Assembly (NCBI GenBank): GCA_964643685.1
Contig: CAZXTN010000001.1
Coordinates: 96,001-160,000, forward strand
DNA length: 64,000 bases
From: Candidatus Micrarchaeota archaeon
Lineage (GTDB): Archaea; B1Sed10-29; JAJRYS01
Reading direction: 5' to 3'
Part shown: positions 1-9,642 of the stretch, one piece after another
Layout: the number at the start of each line of letters is the position of its first letter
How positions within the stretch are numbered: position 1 is the first letter of the stretch
The notes under the pieces: generated by a model
Seen by the model: only the letters and a program-made list of their open reading frames with translations
The model's database searches: none
What the model was told of the DNA's origin: nothing
Position numbers and translations under genes: made by a program

Positions 1-2
1 TT

Positions 3-1148
3 GTAAAGCAGCCTGAGAAGGGACTGCATGAAAAAATTGCAGTATGCGACTTCCGTTCCTTATACCCTACTTTGATAATTGCTTATAACATTGACAAGAC
101 AACCTATAACAAGCCATGTAAGGATTACAACGTGTCTCCTAAAGGGCATAGGTTCTGCAAGAAGCCAATTGGCTTGATTCCAAAAATGCTTAAAGAATTT
201 CTTGAAAAGAGAATAGAAATAAAAAAGGAGATGAAAAAGTACAAGAAAGGAACTCCTCAATACAAGTTTAATTATTATAGGCAATGGGCTTTGAAAATAA
301 TAGCTAATTCTTCTTATGGTTACATGGTTTACGCTCGCGCCAAGTGGTACTCACGTGAAGCAGGTGAATCAGTTACTTCATGGGCGCGTGAAAAAATTCA
401 TGAGACAATAAAAAAAGCTGAACAAGAAGGATTCAGCGTCTTGTACGCTGACACTGACTCTGTTTTTTTAAAACTCGGTGACAGAAAAACCAAGCAGGAT
501 GTGTTTGATTTTGTTGAAAAAATAAATGCGAGTTTGCCAGAGGGAATGGAGCTTGAATTTGAAGGCTACTTCCCAAGAGGAATTTTTGTAAGCGGAAAAG
601 AAGGCAAGAGAGCTGTTAAGAAAAAATACGCTTTGATAAGAGAAGACGGCGGGCTTGAAATAAAAGGATTTGAATTAGTGAGAAGAGACTGGAGCAACAT
701 AGCAAAGGAAACGCAGAGGAAAGTAATCAAGGCAATTCTTGAACAAGGAAGCCCTGAAAAAGCAAAAGAGATTGTGAAAAAAACAATACAGGATATTAGG
801 GACAGGAAAATTGACTTGAAAGAATTTGTAATTTACACTCAGATTAAAAGAAAAATTGACAAGTATGAACAGCAGGCTCCTCATGTAAAAGCAGCTAAGA
901 AGCTGATTAAAGCAGGTTATAAAGTGAAAACAGGAACTATGCTTGAGTACGTGATAGTGCAGGGTTCAGGCAACATTTCAGACAGGGCAATTCCAATTCA
1001 ATTAATTGGAAACAAGAAGTATGACGCTGAGTATTACATTGAAAACCAAGTGCTTCCAGCTGTCATGAAGATAATAAGAGAAGTTGGGGTAACTGAAGAT
1101 GAGTTGAGGTACAAAGGCAAGCAAGAAGGGTTGAACAAATGGTTTTAA
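3..1148 (+). CDS. polB: Family B DNA polymerase, C-terminal part (5' end outside window)
   Basis: Frame open from base 3: DFRSLYP, KIIANSSYGY and YADTDS motifs, KKKYA; C-terminal PIP-box-like QEGLNKWF. Confidence 0.97.
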   Translation, partial: VKQPEKGLHEKIAVCDFRSLYPTLIIAYNIDKTTYNKPCKDYNVSPKGHRFCKKPIGLIPKMLKEFLEKRIEIKKEMKKYKKGTPQYKFNYYRQWALKIIANSSYGYMVYARAKWYSREAGESVTSWAREKIHETIKKAEQEGFSVLYADTDSVFLKLGDRKTKQDVFDFVEKINASLPEGMELEFEGYFPRGIFVSGKEGKRAVKKKYALIREDGGLEIKGFELVRRDWSNIAKETQRKVIKAILEQGSPEKAKEIVKKTIQDIRDRKIDLKEFVIYTQIKRKIDKYEQQAPHVKAAKKLIKAGYKVKTGTMLEYVIVQGSGNISDRAIPIQLIGNKKYDAEYYIENQVLPAVMKIIREVGVTEDELRYKGKQEGLNKWF

Positions 1149-1191
1149 AACAAAAAGGATTAAAAAGAAATTGAAAAGGAGATAATTGCAA

Positions 1192-2124
1192 ATGAACGAA
1201 GAGGAAATTGAATGGATTGAAGAAGAAGATCCTAACAGGTTTGATTATTACTTGAAAGCAGGTAAAGTAGCAGGTGAAGCTAGGAAAAAAGCAGCTTCTC
1301 TTGTCAAGCCAGGTAAGAGTGTTTACGAGTTAGTTGAAGAGGTTGAGCAATGGATTTTGAAACAGGACTGTGGTTGGAGCTTTCCAATTAACATTTCAAT
1401 AAACCACCAGGCAGCGCATTATACCCCTAAACTGAATGATGAATTGACATTCGGCGAAAATGATGTAGTGAAAGTTGATGTAGGAACTCATTACAAGGGT
1501 TATATTGGAGACACTGCTGAAACAGTTGACTTAAGCGGAGAAAATGGAAAGCTTGTTGAAGCAACTGAACAGGCGCTTGAAAATGCTTTGTCAGTGATAA
1601 AAGCAGGCATAGGCAGCCATGAAATAAGCAGGGAAATAGAGGAAACAATTAAAGAGTATGGTTTTAAGCCAGTTGAAAATTTAGGTGGGCATATGCTTGA
1701 ACAGTATGAGCTTCATGCTGGTTACTTCGTGCCTAATGTGGAGCAACAGGATTCATGGGAGTTGGAAGAAGGTTTTGCAATTGCGATTGAACCTTTTGCA
1801 TCAACTGGAAAAGGGCATGTAAGCGAAGGAAGTTACACTGAAATATTCACTTATGAGGGGGATGTGCTTACAAGAAACAGCACTGCAAGACAAGTTCTTG
1901 AAATTATAAGAAATGATTACCCTTCATTGCCTTTTGCTGAAAGATGGCTGGCTAAAAAATTCAAAGACAATGAATTTCAATTCAAGCTTGCTGTAAGGGA
2001 GTTAATGAAACTAGGTGCTTTGAAAGGATACCCAGTGCTTCAAGATGAAAAAAAATCGCTAGTAAGCCAAGCTGAAAAGACAATAATAGTTGAAAAAGAT
2101 TCATGCAGGATTACAACGCCTTAA
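1192..2124 (+). CDS. map: Methionine aminopeptidase type II
   Basis: AAHYTP, KVDVGTH..GYIGDTA, NLGGH, AIEPF and Q-x-E-x-T motifs. Confidence 0.95.
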   Translation: MNEEEIEWIEEEDPNRFDYYLKAGKVAGEARKKAASLVKPGKSVYELVEEVEQWILKQDCGWSFPINISINHQAAHYTPKLNDELTFGENDVVKVDVGTHYKGYIGDTAETVDLSGENGKLVEATEQALENALSVIKAGIGSHEISREIEETIKEYGFKPVENLGGHMLEQYELHAGYFVPNVEQQDSWELEEGFAIAIEPFASTGKGHVSEGSYTEIFTYEGDVLTRNSTARQVLEIIRNDYPSLPFAERWLAKKFKDNEFQFKLAVRELMKLGALKGYPVLQDEKKSLVSQAEKTIIVEKDSCRITTP

Positions 2125-2146
2125 AAAGAAACAGGTGTTTTGAAAA

Positions 2147-3004
2147 ATGAATTCAGATGAAAAAAAAGAAATGGTTCTTGAAATCTTTTTCCTGACTGCT
2201 TCAACTTTTTTATTCCTTTACTTTTTTTCAAAAACAGGCATAAGCTTTGACTACTCCTTTGACTTGACAAAAATGCAGGAGTTAGCAAGCACGGAGCTTG
2301 TTAAAAACTTAGCAGCTTCTGTTTTTTTCATTTCTTTCAGCATTTTTTTAATTAATTACTTCGCAAGAGGAATTGTAAAAAAAGAAAGAGCAGTGACTAT
2401 TACTTTAAGCATACTAACTGCCTCTCTTCTTTTTTATTACTTCAATGGATTGACAGAAGTAGGCATTGCAATGATTTTGTTCTACTGGATTGGGTTAATG
2501 TTCATCTCTGTCAAGACGCATAAGAAGCCGAAGAATGTCTGGGAAAAAATAGGAATTGGCTGGAGCCATTCCAAGAACATCACTCTTGCTCTTGCAATAG
2601 GAGGGCTTGTTGTTGGCTTGTATTTCACTAATGTTAACCTAAGCGAGTACCAGAATCTTGTTAAAGAATCAATAATAACAGTTTCAGTTGAAGCTTCTCA
2701 GCAGTTCATGCCTGAAGGCTATGAGTTAGATTCTTCAATTGCTTCAACGCAAAGAGCCTTGTTTGCTAGTTTAATTGAAGACATGCCCTTGTTTCAAAGT
2801 TTTTTAGACTCTCTTCCTTTGTTAACTGGCTTGATGCTGGCAAGCATAATTTACACAATAGGCAACATGACAATTCCCTTCATTACTTCTTTCCTGTGCT
2901 TGTTTTTAAAAACAGAAAAAGAACCTGAAGTGAAGTTAAAGCATAGGAAAGGATTGTTTGACAACGTGCCTGTTGAAGAAGAGGAAGAACGGCAAGAGCA
3001 GTGA
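2147..3004 (+). CDS. Hypothetical multi-pass membrane protein
   Basis: 285 aa ORF with GGTG RBS, about 6 hydrophobic segments and an acidic C-tail. Confidence 0.75.
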   Translation: MNSDEKKEMVLEIFFLTASTFLFLYFFSKTGISFDYSFDLTKMQELASTELVKNLAASVFFISFSIFLINYFARGIVKKERAVTITLSILTASLLFYYFNGLTEVGIAMILFYWIGLMFISVKTHKKPKNVWEKIGIGWSHSKNITLALAIGGLVVGLYFTNVNLSEYQNLVKESIITVSVEASQQFMPEGYELDSSIASTQRALFASLIEDMPLFQSFLDSLPLLTGLMLASIIYTIGNMTIPFITSFLCLFLKTEKEPEVKLKHRKGLFDNVPVEEEEERQEQ

Positions 3005-3051
3005 AAAAACTTTTTTCAATTTAATAAATTTTTTTATTGACTAAATAATTT

Positions 3052-3162
3052 GGGCCTGTAGCATAGTTTGGATTAATGCGCGCGGCTTCGGACCGCGAGA
3101 TCAGGGGTTCAAATATGCCTTGCGGATATTTCCGCATGCATGCGAAAATCCTCTCAGGCCCG
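3052..3162 (+). tRNA. tRNA-Arg(TCG) with T-loop intron at 59/60 (~3114-3148, 35 nt)
   Basis: Acceptor GGGCCTG/CAGGCCC; anticodon arm CGCGG-CT-TCG-GA-CCGCG; T-loop split TTCAAA|...CGAAAA|TCCTCT. Confidence 0.92.
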
Positions 3163-3280
3163 CTTCAACAATTGCAACTGATTCTGATTAGCAAGATTGA
3201 AAAGAAAAGGAAGAGAACAGAAAGAAGAAAAGGAAGTAAAACCTTTCTCCTTTCTTTCAGGGTTTCAGGAACTTGTTTTT

Positions 3281-3655
3281 TTAGATTGTTGCCAAGTCCC
3301 AGATTGTCTTTAAAGCGACAACAACTGCTGCTGGTGTTACGAAAGCCGCTATGTTGTTTATTATTGAAGCTAAAGGAACTCCAATGAATGGGATTAATGA
3401 TAATCCCCCTGCTGTTCCTCCAACTGCAACTAATGCGACTACTGCTAGCAAGAAAGCAGTTACGTCTTTTTCAACTAGGTTCAATAATCCTACAACAAGT
3501 CCTAGGATTACTAGGACAAGGATTACTGTTGCTGATGAGACGTCATCAAGCTGTCCTGCTGCAGACACTAATCCAGCAACTACAGCTATTAAGATACCTA
3601 GCAAGAATGCGTAGTATCCTATGTTGCTGTCGTTTGCTTTGCTTCTTCTAACCAT
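3281..3655 (-). CDS. Small hypothetical membrane protein (~4 TM)
   Basis: Uniformly hydrophobic ~124 aa ORF; TTTATAAA-like box upstream. Confidence 0.75.
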   Translation of the reverse strand: MVRRSKANDSNIGYYAFLLGILIAVVAGLVSAAGQLDDVSSATVILVLVILGLVVGLLNLVEKDVTAFLLAVVALVAVGGTAGGLSLIPFIGVPLASIINNIAAFVTPAAVVVALKTIWDLATI

Positions 3656-3729
3656 GTGTATCAATTAAAACAATAGATAAGCAGGGTTTATAAAGTTTTT
3701 TGTTTTTTAACGTCAAAAAGCGACAAAAG

Positions 3730-4557
3730 TTAGTTTTTTACAAGGATGTCAAATACAACTTGCACGACTGATGGCGAAAAAGGGCGGACAATTCTTTTAG
3801 AAATTATTTCAACCTCTTTTTTTTCTTTTTTTGCAATTTCCTTTATGCGTTTTTCAGAATCAGTATAAGGAAAGTCCTTTTTTGCGAAAGTGTAGAAGTG
3901 TATTATGCAATTTTCGCTAGCCTTCTCAAATGCCTTGCTTAGGAAATCTTCAGCTCCTTTTGGAAGGGGCATGATTATCCTGTCAAATTTAGGCAGTTCA
4001 TCAACAACTTCATTAACGTCTCCTAACACTGGTTTTATTACTTCCTCCATCTTGTTGAGTTTAATATTAGCTTTCAGGCTATTGAATGCATTTTCGTTAA
4101 GCTCAATGGCATAAATTAAAACTTTTTTATTTTTTTTGGCTATGACAAGTGGAAATGGACCTACTCCTGCAAACCATGCGCCTATTACTTCTCCTTCTTT
4201 GACTTGTTTTGCTATTCTTTCTCTTTCGTGGCTTAATCTTGGAGTGAAGTAAACTTTGTTTACGTCTAATCTCATTCTTACTCCTGATTCTTTATATTCT
4301 GTTTGTGTCGTGTTTTCTCCTGCTATCACTTCAACAGGGCGTATTCTGAAAACGCCTTGATGATGCCCTGCTCTTTTGCAGACTGTTTTAATGTTTTTGT
4401 TTAATTGAATGATTGCTTCTCCTATCTGTTTTTGTTTGTGTTGAAGTTCTGGGGGTATTTCAATTATTGCAATTGAACCTATTACGTCATAGCTTGTGAT
4501 TAATTTTTTCATTTCTTCTTCTGTGAGCTTGTCTTTCAGAAGTTCTTTCAAGTTCAT
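3730..4557 (-). CDS. Trm5/Taw2 (Met-10+-like) class I SAM-dependent tRNA-modifying transferase
   Basis: YDVIGSIAII, KVYFTPRLSHER, FAGVGPF SAM motif, DRIIMPLP, IIHFY. Confidence 0.9.
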   Translation of the reverse strand: MNLKELLKDKLTEEEMKKLITSYDVIGSIAIIEIPPELQHKQKQIGEAIIQLNKNIKTVCKRAGHHQGVFRIRPVEVIAGENTTQTEYKESGVRMRLDVNKVYFTPRLSHERERIAKQVKEGEVIGAWFAGVGPFPLVIAKKNKKVLIYAIELNENAFNSLKANIKLNKMEEVIKPVLGDVNEVVDELPKFDRIIMPLPKGAEDFLSKAFEKASENCIIHFYTFAKKDFPYTDSEKRIKEIAKKEKKEVEIISKRIVRPFSPSVVQVVFDILVKN

Positions 4558-4590
4558 AGTTTTATATTTACTCTCTTGATTAAAATAAAC

Positions 4591-5367
4591 ATGATGGATT
4601 GGTTGTCAGCTTATTTCATAGATCCTCTTGTAAAAGGCACAGGGTATAATATTGTTAACACTCTTTTTTTTGGAATTGTTTTTATAATTTTTTTATTTAT
4701 TATTGAAAAGGTTTCTGAGAAGATGAAAATAAAATTTGATGAGAAATTATTTTTTTCCCTTGCTCCATTTATAATTCTTGGGGGAGTTTTAAGGGCTTTG
4801 CAGGACACTGGTTTTTTTAATTTCTTGGGCTATTTCAGGTTCTTGTTTGTGACTCCTGGGATTTATTTTCTCATTTTTTCAATTGTTTTAATCAGCTTGT
4901 GGGTTGAGAAAAAAGGAGTTAAGAATTTTGCAGAGTTAAATGGAGTTGTGCTTGCTGCTTTTTTCTTAACAATTGCTTTGCTTGAGAGCAGGAATTGGAG
5001 CGGGTTTTTAATAGCTGTTTCCCTTGCTCTTATTTCTTTTTTTCTGAGTTTTTTGTTATTCAGAAAATTTCTGAAGTCAATGGAAGCTTGGACAGCTGTT
5101 TTTGCTCATTCGCTTGACGCTTGCAGCAGCGTCACTGCAATTTTAATTGTTGGTGGTTTTTGGGAGCAGCATGTGCTTCCTAAATTCTTATTGAATGCTG
5201 GGTTGTTTTGGCTGTTTATTCCATTGAAGATATTATTTGTTTTGTTTGTTTCTCGTTTTATTGAAGAAGAAAGCAGGGGTAATTGGAGATGGCTTTTTTT
5301 ATTTAGCTTAGTAGTGCTTGGCTTGGGGCCTGGAACGCGTGATGCTTTGGCAATACTTTTACATTAA
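4591..5367 (+). CDS. DUF63-like membrane protein
   Basis: GYNIVNT, GGVLRALQD, FVTPGIYF, AHSLD, EQHVL and LGLGPGTRD match my recollection of archaeal DUF63. Confidence 0.75.
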   Translation: MMDWLSAYFIDPLVKGTGYNIVNTLFFGIVFIIFLFIIEKVSEKMKIKFDEKLFFSLAPFIILGGVLRALQDTGFFNFLGYFRFLFVTPGIYFLIFSIVLISLWVEKKGVKNFAELNGVVLAAFFLTIALLESRNWSGFLIAVSLALISFFLSFLLFRKFLKSMEAWTAVFAHSLDACSSVTAILIVGGFWEQHVLPKFLLNAGLFWLFIPLKILFVLFVSRFIEEESRGNWRWLFLFSLVVLGLGPGTRDALAILLH

Positions 5368-5379
5368 AAAAGAGAGAAA

Positions 5380-5482
5380 TGCGCCTACCGGGAGTTTCAA
5401 GCACGAGAGTTGGTGCTCTTGTCTTGTTGAACCCGGTCCTTGAGCTTGGGAAGCTCACATCATACCTCTAGACTATAGGCGC
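5380..5482 (-). tRNA. tRNA-Gly(CCC) with 59/60 intron (5394-5425, 32 nt)
   Basis: Minus strand GCGCCTA...TGAGC-TT-CCC-AA-GCTCA...TTCAAC|...TGAAAC|TCCCGG-TAGGCGC-A; BHB helix TTCA/TGAA. Confidence 0.93.
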
Positions 5483-5554
5483 ATTAAACACTAAGATAAA
5501 TTAAAGAAAAAAGGAGTATAAAAAAATTAGGAGCAGGGAGAGTGATTATAAGAA

Positions 5555-5842
5555 TCACTCTATTACTTCTATTGTTCCTGTTTTTGGCACGTTTAGTTGG
5601 AGGTTGTTGTTCCATTCTCTTACGTATCCTCCTGTGATTTTGACTTTGTCTCCTGTTTTCAGCAGACTTGTCTTGTCTCCCCATAAAACGAGGACTATTT
5701 CTCCTGTGTCATCTTTTAGTGTTGCATTGGAGACTTTGTTTAAGCCGAATTTTGTGTTGACTTCTCTTGGTTCTGTTGTTTCTTTTACTTCTGCTTCTAT
5801 GTCTACGTCTTTCATGCCGTTTTGTATTTCATTTATTTTCAT
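5555..5842 (-). CDS. Single OB-fold ssDNA-binding protein (SSB/RPA-like)
   Basis: LKDDTGEIVLVLWG, GDKVKITGGYVREWNNNLQLNV OB-fold pattern; GGAGG RBS. Confidence 0.9.
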   Translation of the reverse strand: MKINEIQNGMKDVDIEAEVKETTEPREVNTKFGLNKVSNATLKDDTGEIVLVLWGDKTSLLKTGDKVKITGGYVREWNNNLQLNVPKTGTIEVIE

Positions 5843-5945
5843 TTTTAAAACTCCTCCTTGAATTAAAAGAATAAGAAAACTTTTTTCTTAACTTTTTTTT
5901 AAAAAAGAAAAAGAAAAAAGAAAGAAGTTAATCTCTTTCTTTTTT

Positions 5946-6158
5946 TTAGATTTTTCCTAAATTTTCAATGAAGAATTTTTTGATTTCTTCTTCATCTGGG
6001 AACCCTATTGCTGCTTTGTATCTTTTTTGTCCTGCTTTGTTGTAGAATCCTTTGCTTAGTGATATGAATTCTGCGTCTTCTACTTTTTTCCTTGCTATTT
6101 CAAGGAAGTTGTTTCCGTATTTGTATTCTTCTGCTTTTATTGTTTCATATTCTGGCAT
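5946..6158 (-). CDS. Small protein, possibly PC4-like ssDNA-binding fold
   Basis: 70 aa, GGAGTGA RBS; FISLSKGFY...G..RYK..IGF resembles the PC4 beta-sheet pattern. Confidence 0.6.
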   Translation of the reverse strand: MPEYETIKAEEYKYGNNFLEIARKKVEDAEFISLSKGFYNKAGQKRYKAAIGFPDEEEIKKFFIENLGKI

Positions 6159-6274
6159 TGTTAATTCACTCCTTTGGTTCCACAGTTCTGATGCGCGCTT
6201 AATGCGAACTGCTGTGGTTGTTGTGTGAATTGAGTAAATTGGTATATAAATACTTGACGATTAATAGAAATTGT

Positions 6275-7381
6275 ATGAAATTAGGGTTTGTTTTTGGCAA
6301 GAATTGGAAGCTTAGTTTGGCTGAACTGCTTGCTTTTTTTGAAAAAGAGGAAATTGAATGGAAGTTTGTTGACTTGACTAAGAAAGCGTTGGTTGTTGAA
6401 ACAGAAGTAGATCTAGGAGTAATAGACAAGCTTGGGGGAATTTTGAAGATTGTGTCAATTGAAGAGGAGTTCAGTTTCAGTGATTTAAAGAAACAGGATT
6501 TTGGCGAAGCAGTTAATTACCCTATTAGCGTTTATGGCAGTTATAAGTTGCTTCATAACGTGCGTAAAATTTTCAAAGTGATTCCGAAGGATGGAGTGCT
6601 GAGTGTGCGTGACAAGATAAGGAAGAAATGGAGTTATGAAAGTGCTTTGATTGTAACTCCTGATGAAAAATGCTATTATGGAGAAGTTGTAGCTTATTAC
6701 TCCCCTTATGAGCAGAAGAAAAGGGATTTGAACAGGCCTTACAAGGATTACTTAACAATCTCGCCTTCAAGGGCGATGATTTTAGTGAATTTAAGCAGGG
6801 CGAAGAAGAACTTATTGGATCCTTTTTGCGGTTTGGGAACAATTGCAATGGAGGCTATTGTGCTTGGCATTAAGAATATTTACATAAGTGACATTGACAA
6901 GAAAGTGTTAAGCAAGGCGAAGTCTAATTTAAAGTGGGCACAGAAGGAGTATGGTAAGATAAGCGTGCATGCTAAAGCAATGGATGCGCGTAACATGGAT
7001 TACAGGGGAATTGAGGCTATTGCAACTGAACCTTATTTGGGACCTGCTTTGAAAGAGAAGCCGAGCAAGAGAGATGCTGAGAAGATAGCAAAGCATTTGG
7101 AGGATTTGTATAGGAAGTTTTTCAACTCTGCTTATGATGTTTTGAAAAAAGATGGAAAGGTTGCTATTGTTTTTCCCGTGTTTAATGCTAAGAGAAGCAA
7201 GGTTTTTGTGAACAAGTTTTTCCCTGGTTTTGAGGTTGTTTATCCTTTTGATTCTATTCCTAAGAGGTACAGGGAAAGTTTAAAATTAACAAATCCTTTC
7301 ATTACAGATGAAGAGAGGGAAAAAGGCAAAGTTAGGAATGTAATAAGGGAGTTTTGCGTTTACAAAGTGAAAAAAAAGTAA
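6275..7381 (+). CDS. Trm11/TrmG10-like RNA methyltransferase
   Basis: LSLAEL N-terminus, RDLNRPY, LVNLS, LLDPFCGLGTI, IATEPYLGP. Confidence 0.8.
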   Translation: MKLGFVFGKNWKLSLAELLAFFEKEEIEWKFVDLTKKALVVETEVDLGVIDKLGGILKIVSIEEEFSFSDLKKQDFGEAVNYPISVYGSYKLLHNVRKIFKVIPKDGVLSVRDKIRKKWSYESALIVTPDEKCYYGEVVAYYSPYEQKKRDLNRPYKDYLTISPSRAMILVNLSRAKKNLLDPFCGLGTIAMEAIVLGIKNIYISDIDKKVLSKAKSNLKWAQKEYGKISVHAKAMDARNMDYRGIEAIATEPYLGPALKEKPSKRDAEKIAKHLEDLYRKFFNSAYDVLKKDGKVAIVFPVFNAKRSKVFVNKFFPGFEVVYPFDSIPKRYRESLKLTNPFITDEEREKGKVRNVIREFCVYKVKKK

Positions 7382-7397
7382 AGGGATGATGAGTTAA

Positions 7398-9635
7398 ATG
7401 AAGTACTTGAAATTTTTCGATGAGATTAGAAAAACAGATGTGGCAATAGTTGGAGGAAAATCAGCTAACCTTGGGGAAATGACTTCGCAGGTAATGGTTC
7501 CAGTGCCCTTTGGTTTCGCAACTACAAGCGACGCTTATTGGAAATTCATAAATGAAAACAAGCTGTGGCCGAAAATAGAAAGGGAGCTTAGGAAAGTGAA
7601 AAAGGCGAATGACACGAAGGTTCTTGAAAAAGCAAGTAAAAACATTCAAAAATTAATAAAGTCAGGAAAAATGCCTGTTGAAATGGAAAAAGAAATAATA
7701 CAGGCGTATAAGCAGATTGGCGGCGGTTTTGTTTCAGTGCGTTCATCTGCAACAGCAGAGGATTTGCCAGGAGCAAGTTTTGCAGGGCAACAGGAAACAT
7801 ACCTAAACGTAAAAGGAGAGAAGAAAGTGATTAAGAAAATAATTGAGTGTTATGCTTCTCTTTTTACAACGCGTTCTATTTTTTACAGAATGCAGAAGGG
7901 ATTCAGTCATGAAAAAGTTGCTTTAAGTGCAGCTGTTCAAAAAATGGTTAATTCAAAAGCAAGCGGGGTAATGTTCACTCTTGATGTGAGAAACGGGGAC
8001 AGGAGTAAGATAATAATTGAAGGAAGTTGGGGTTTGGGTGAATACATTGTCCAAGGAGTAGTGACACCTGATGATTACGTTGTTGACAAAAAAACAATGA
8101 AGATAGTGGAGAAGAAAATAAGCAAAGAAAAAAGAGTAATGCTTGTGCCTACAGCAAAAGGGGTTGAAGAAAAAAAAGTCCCTAGAAAACTGCAATCAAC
8201 TCCTGTTTTGACTCCGAAAGAAGTGAAGCAATTGGCTTATTATGCTTTGGAATTGGAAAAGCACTATAGAGTGCCACAGGATATTGAATGGGCTAAAAAC
8301 GAAGAAGGCCACTTGTTCATTTTACAAACTCGTCCTGAAACAGTGTGGAGCGAGAAGACAAAAACAGAGACAAAAAAGCTTAAAGGTAAAGTGATTTTGA
8401 AGGGATTGCCTGCTTCACCTGGTTTTGGAACAGGCACAGTGAGAATAGTTAAGGACATGAAAGACATTGACAAGGTGAAACCAGGGGACATCTTGGTAAC
8501 TAGAATGACTAACCCTGACATGGTTCCTGCGATGAAAAAAGCAGATGCCATAATTACAAATGAAGGAGGAGTGACTTCCCACGCTGCAATTGTTTCAAGG
8601 GAACTTGGAATTCCATGCGTTACTGGAACAGAAAAAGCAACAAAAGTATTGAAAGAAAAGCAGTTGGTAACAGTTGATGGAAACGAGGGATTGGTTTATG
8701 AAGGAGCAGTTGGAGAAGCAAAAAAACAACAATACAAGGATTACAGGACAAAAACAAAAATTTATGTTAACCTTGGAATTCCTGAAATAGCTGACAAAAT
8801 AGCAAAAAAACACGTTGACGGCGTTGGCTTAATGAGAGAAGAGTTCATAATAGCAACGTATATTAAAAAGCACCCTCTTTGGCTCATACAGCAGGGAAAA
8901 GAAAAAGAGTTTGTTGACAAGCTAGCTAAGGGAATTGAAAAGGTAGTGAAGGATTTCAAGCCACGTCCAGTCATACTAAGATTAAGTGACTTGAAGTCAA
9001 ATGAATACAGGGGCTTGGAAGGAGGAAAAAATTTCGAACCAGTTGAAGACAATCCAATGATTGGATGGAGAGGTTGTTCAAGGTACATCCACCCTGACTA
9101 CGAACCTGCATTCAGGTTGGAGTTACAGGCAATAAAAAAAGTTAGGAAAAAATACAAGAATCTTCACATAATGCTTCCTTTTGTAAGAAGCATAAACGAG
9201 TTGAAAAAAGTGACAGAGATATTGAAAAAAGAGGGGTTGGAGAGGAAAAAGGATTTCAAGCTTTACTTAATGGCTGAAATACCAGCAAACATTTTCCTAG
9301 CTGACTTGTTCTCACAGTACTGCGACGGGTTTTCAATAGGAAGCAATGACTTGACTCAATTAACTCTTGGCGTTGACAGGGACTCTGAACTCCTGGCAAA
9401 AATGGGTGAATTTGACGAACAAAACCTCGCAGTCAAGAGGGCAATAAGCCACTTGATAAAAACAGCACACAAGTACGGCAAAACAGTTGGAATCTGCGGG
9501 CAAGCTCCAAGCGAGTACCCTGAATTCACAAGATTCTTAGTAAGCAAGGGAATTGACACCATTTCAGTCAACCCAGATGTGATTGAAAAAACAAGATACA
9601 TCGTCCACGAAGCAGAGAAAAAATTAAAACGATGA
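7398..9635 (+). CDS. ppsA: Phosphoenolpyruvate synthase
   Basis: VGGKSANLGE, VRSSATAED, GGVTSHAAIVSRELG phospho-His, FSIGSNDLTQ, GICGQAPS. Confidence 0.97.
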   Translation: MKYLKFFDEIRKTDVAIVGGKSANLGEMTSQVMVPVPFGFATTSDAYWKFINENKLWPKIERELRKVKKANDTKVLEKASKNIQKLIKSGKMPVEMEKEIIQAYKQIGGGFVSVRSSATAEDLPGASFAGQQETYLNVKGEKKVIKKIIECYASLFTTRSIFYRMQKGFSHEKVALSAAVQKMVNSKASGVMFTLDVRNGDRSKIIIEGSWGLGEYIVQGVVTPDDYVVDKKTMKIVEKKISKEKRVMLVPTAKGVEEKKVPRKLQSTPVLTPKEVKQLAYYALELEKHYRVPQDIEWAKNEEGHLFILQTRPETVWSEKTKTETKKLKGKVILKGLPASPGFGTGTVRIVKDMKDIDKVKPGDILVTRMTNPDMVPAMKKADAIITNEGGVTSHAAIVSRELGIPCVTGTEKATKVLKEKQLVTVDGNEGLVYEGAVGEAKKQQYKDYRTKTKIYVNLGIPEIADKIAKKHVDGVGLMREEFIIATYIKKHPLWLIQQGKEKEFVDKLAKGIEKVVKDFKPRPVILRLSDLKSNEYRGLEGGKNFEPVEDNPMIGWRGCSRYIHPDYEPAFRLELQAIKKVRKKYKNLHIMLPFVRSINELKKVTEILKKEGLERKKDFKLYLMAEIPANIFLADLFSQYCDGFSIGSNDLTQLTLGVDRDSELLAKMGEFDEQNLAVKRAISHLIKTAHKYGKTVGICGQAPSEYPEFTRFLVSKGIDTISVNPDVIEKTRYIVHEAEKKLKR

Positions 9636-9642
9636 GATTAAA

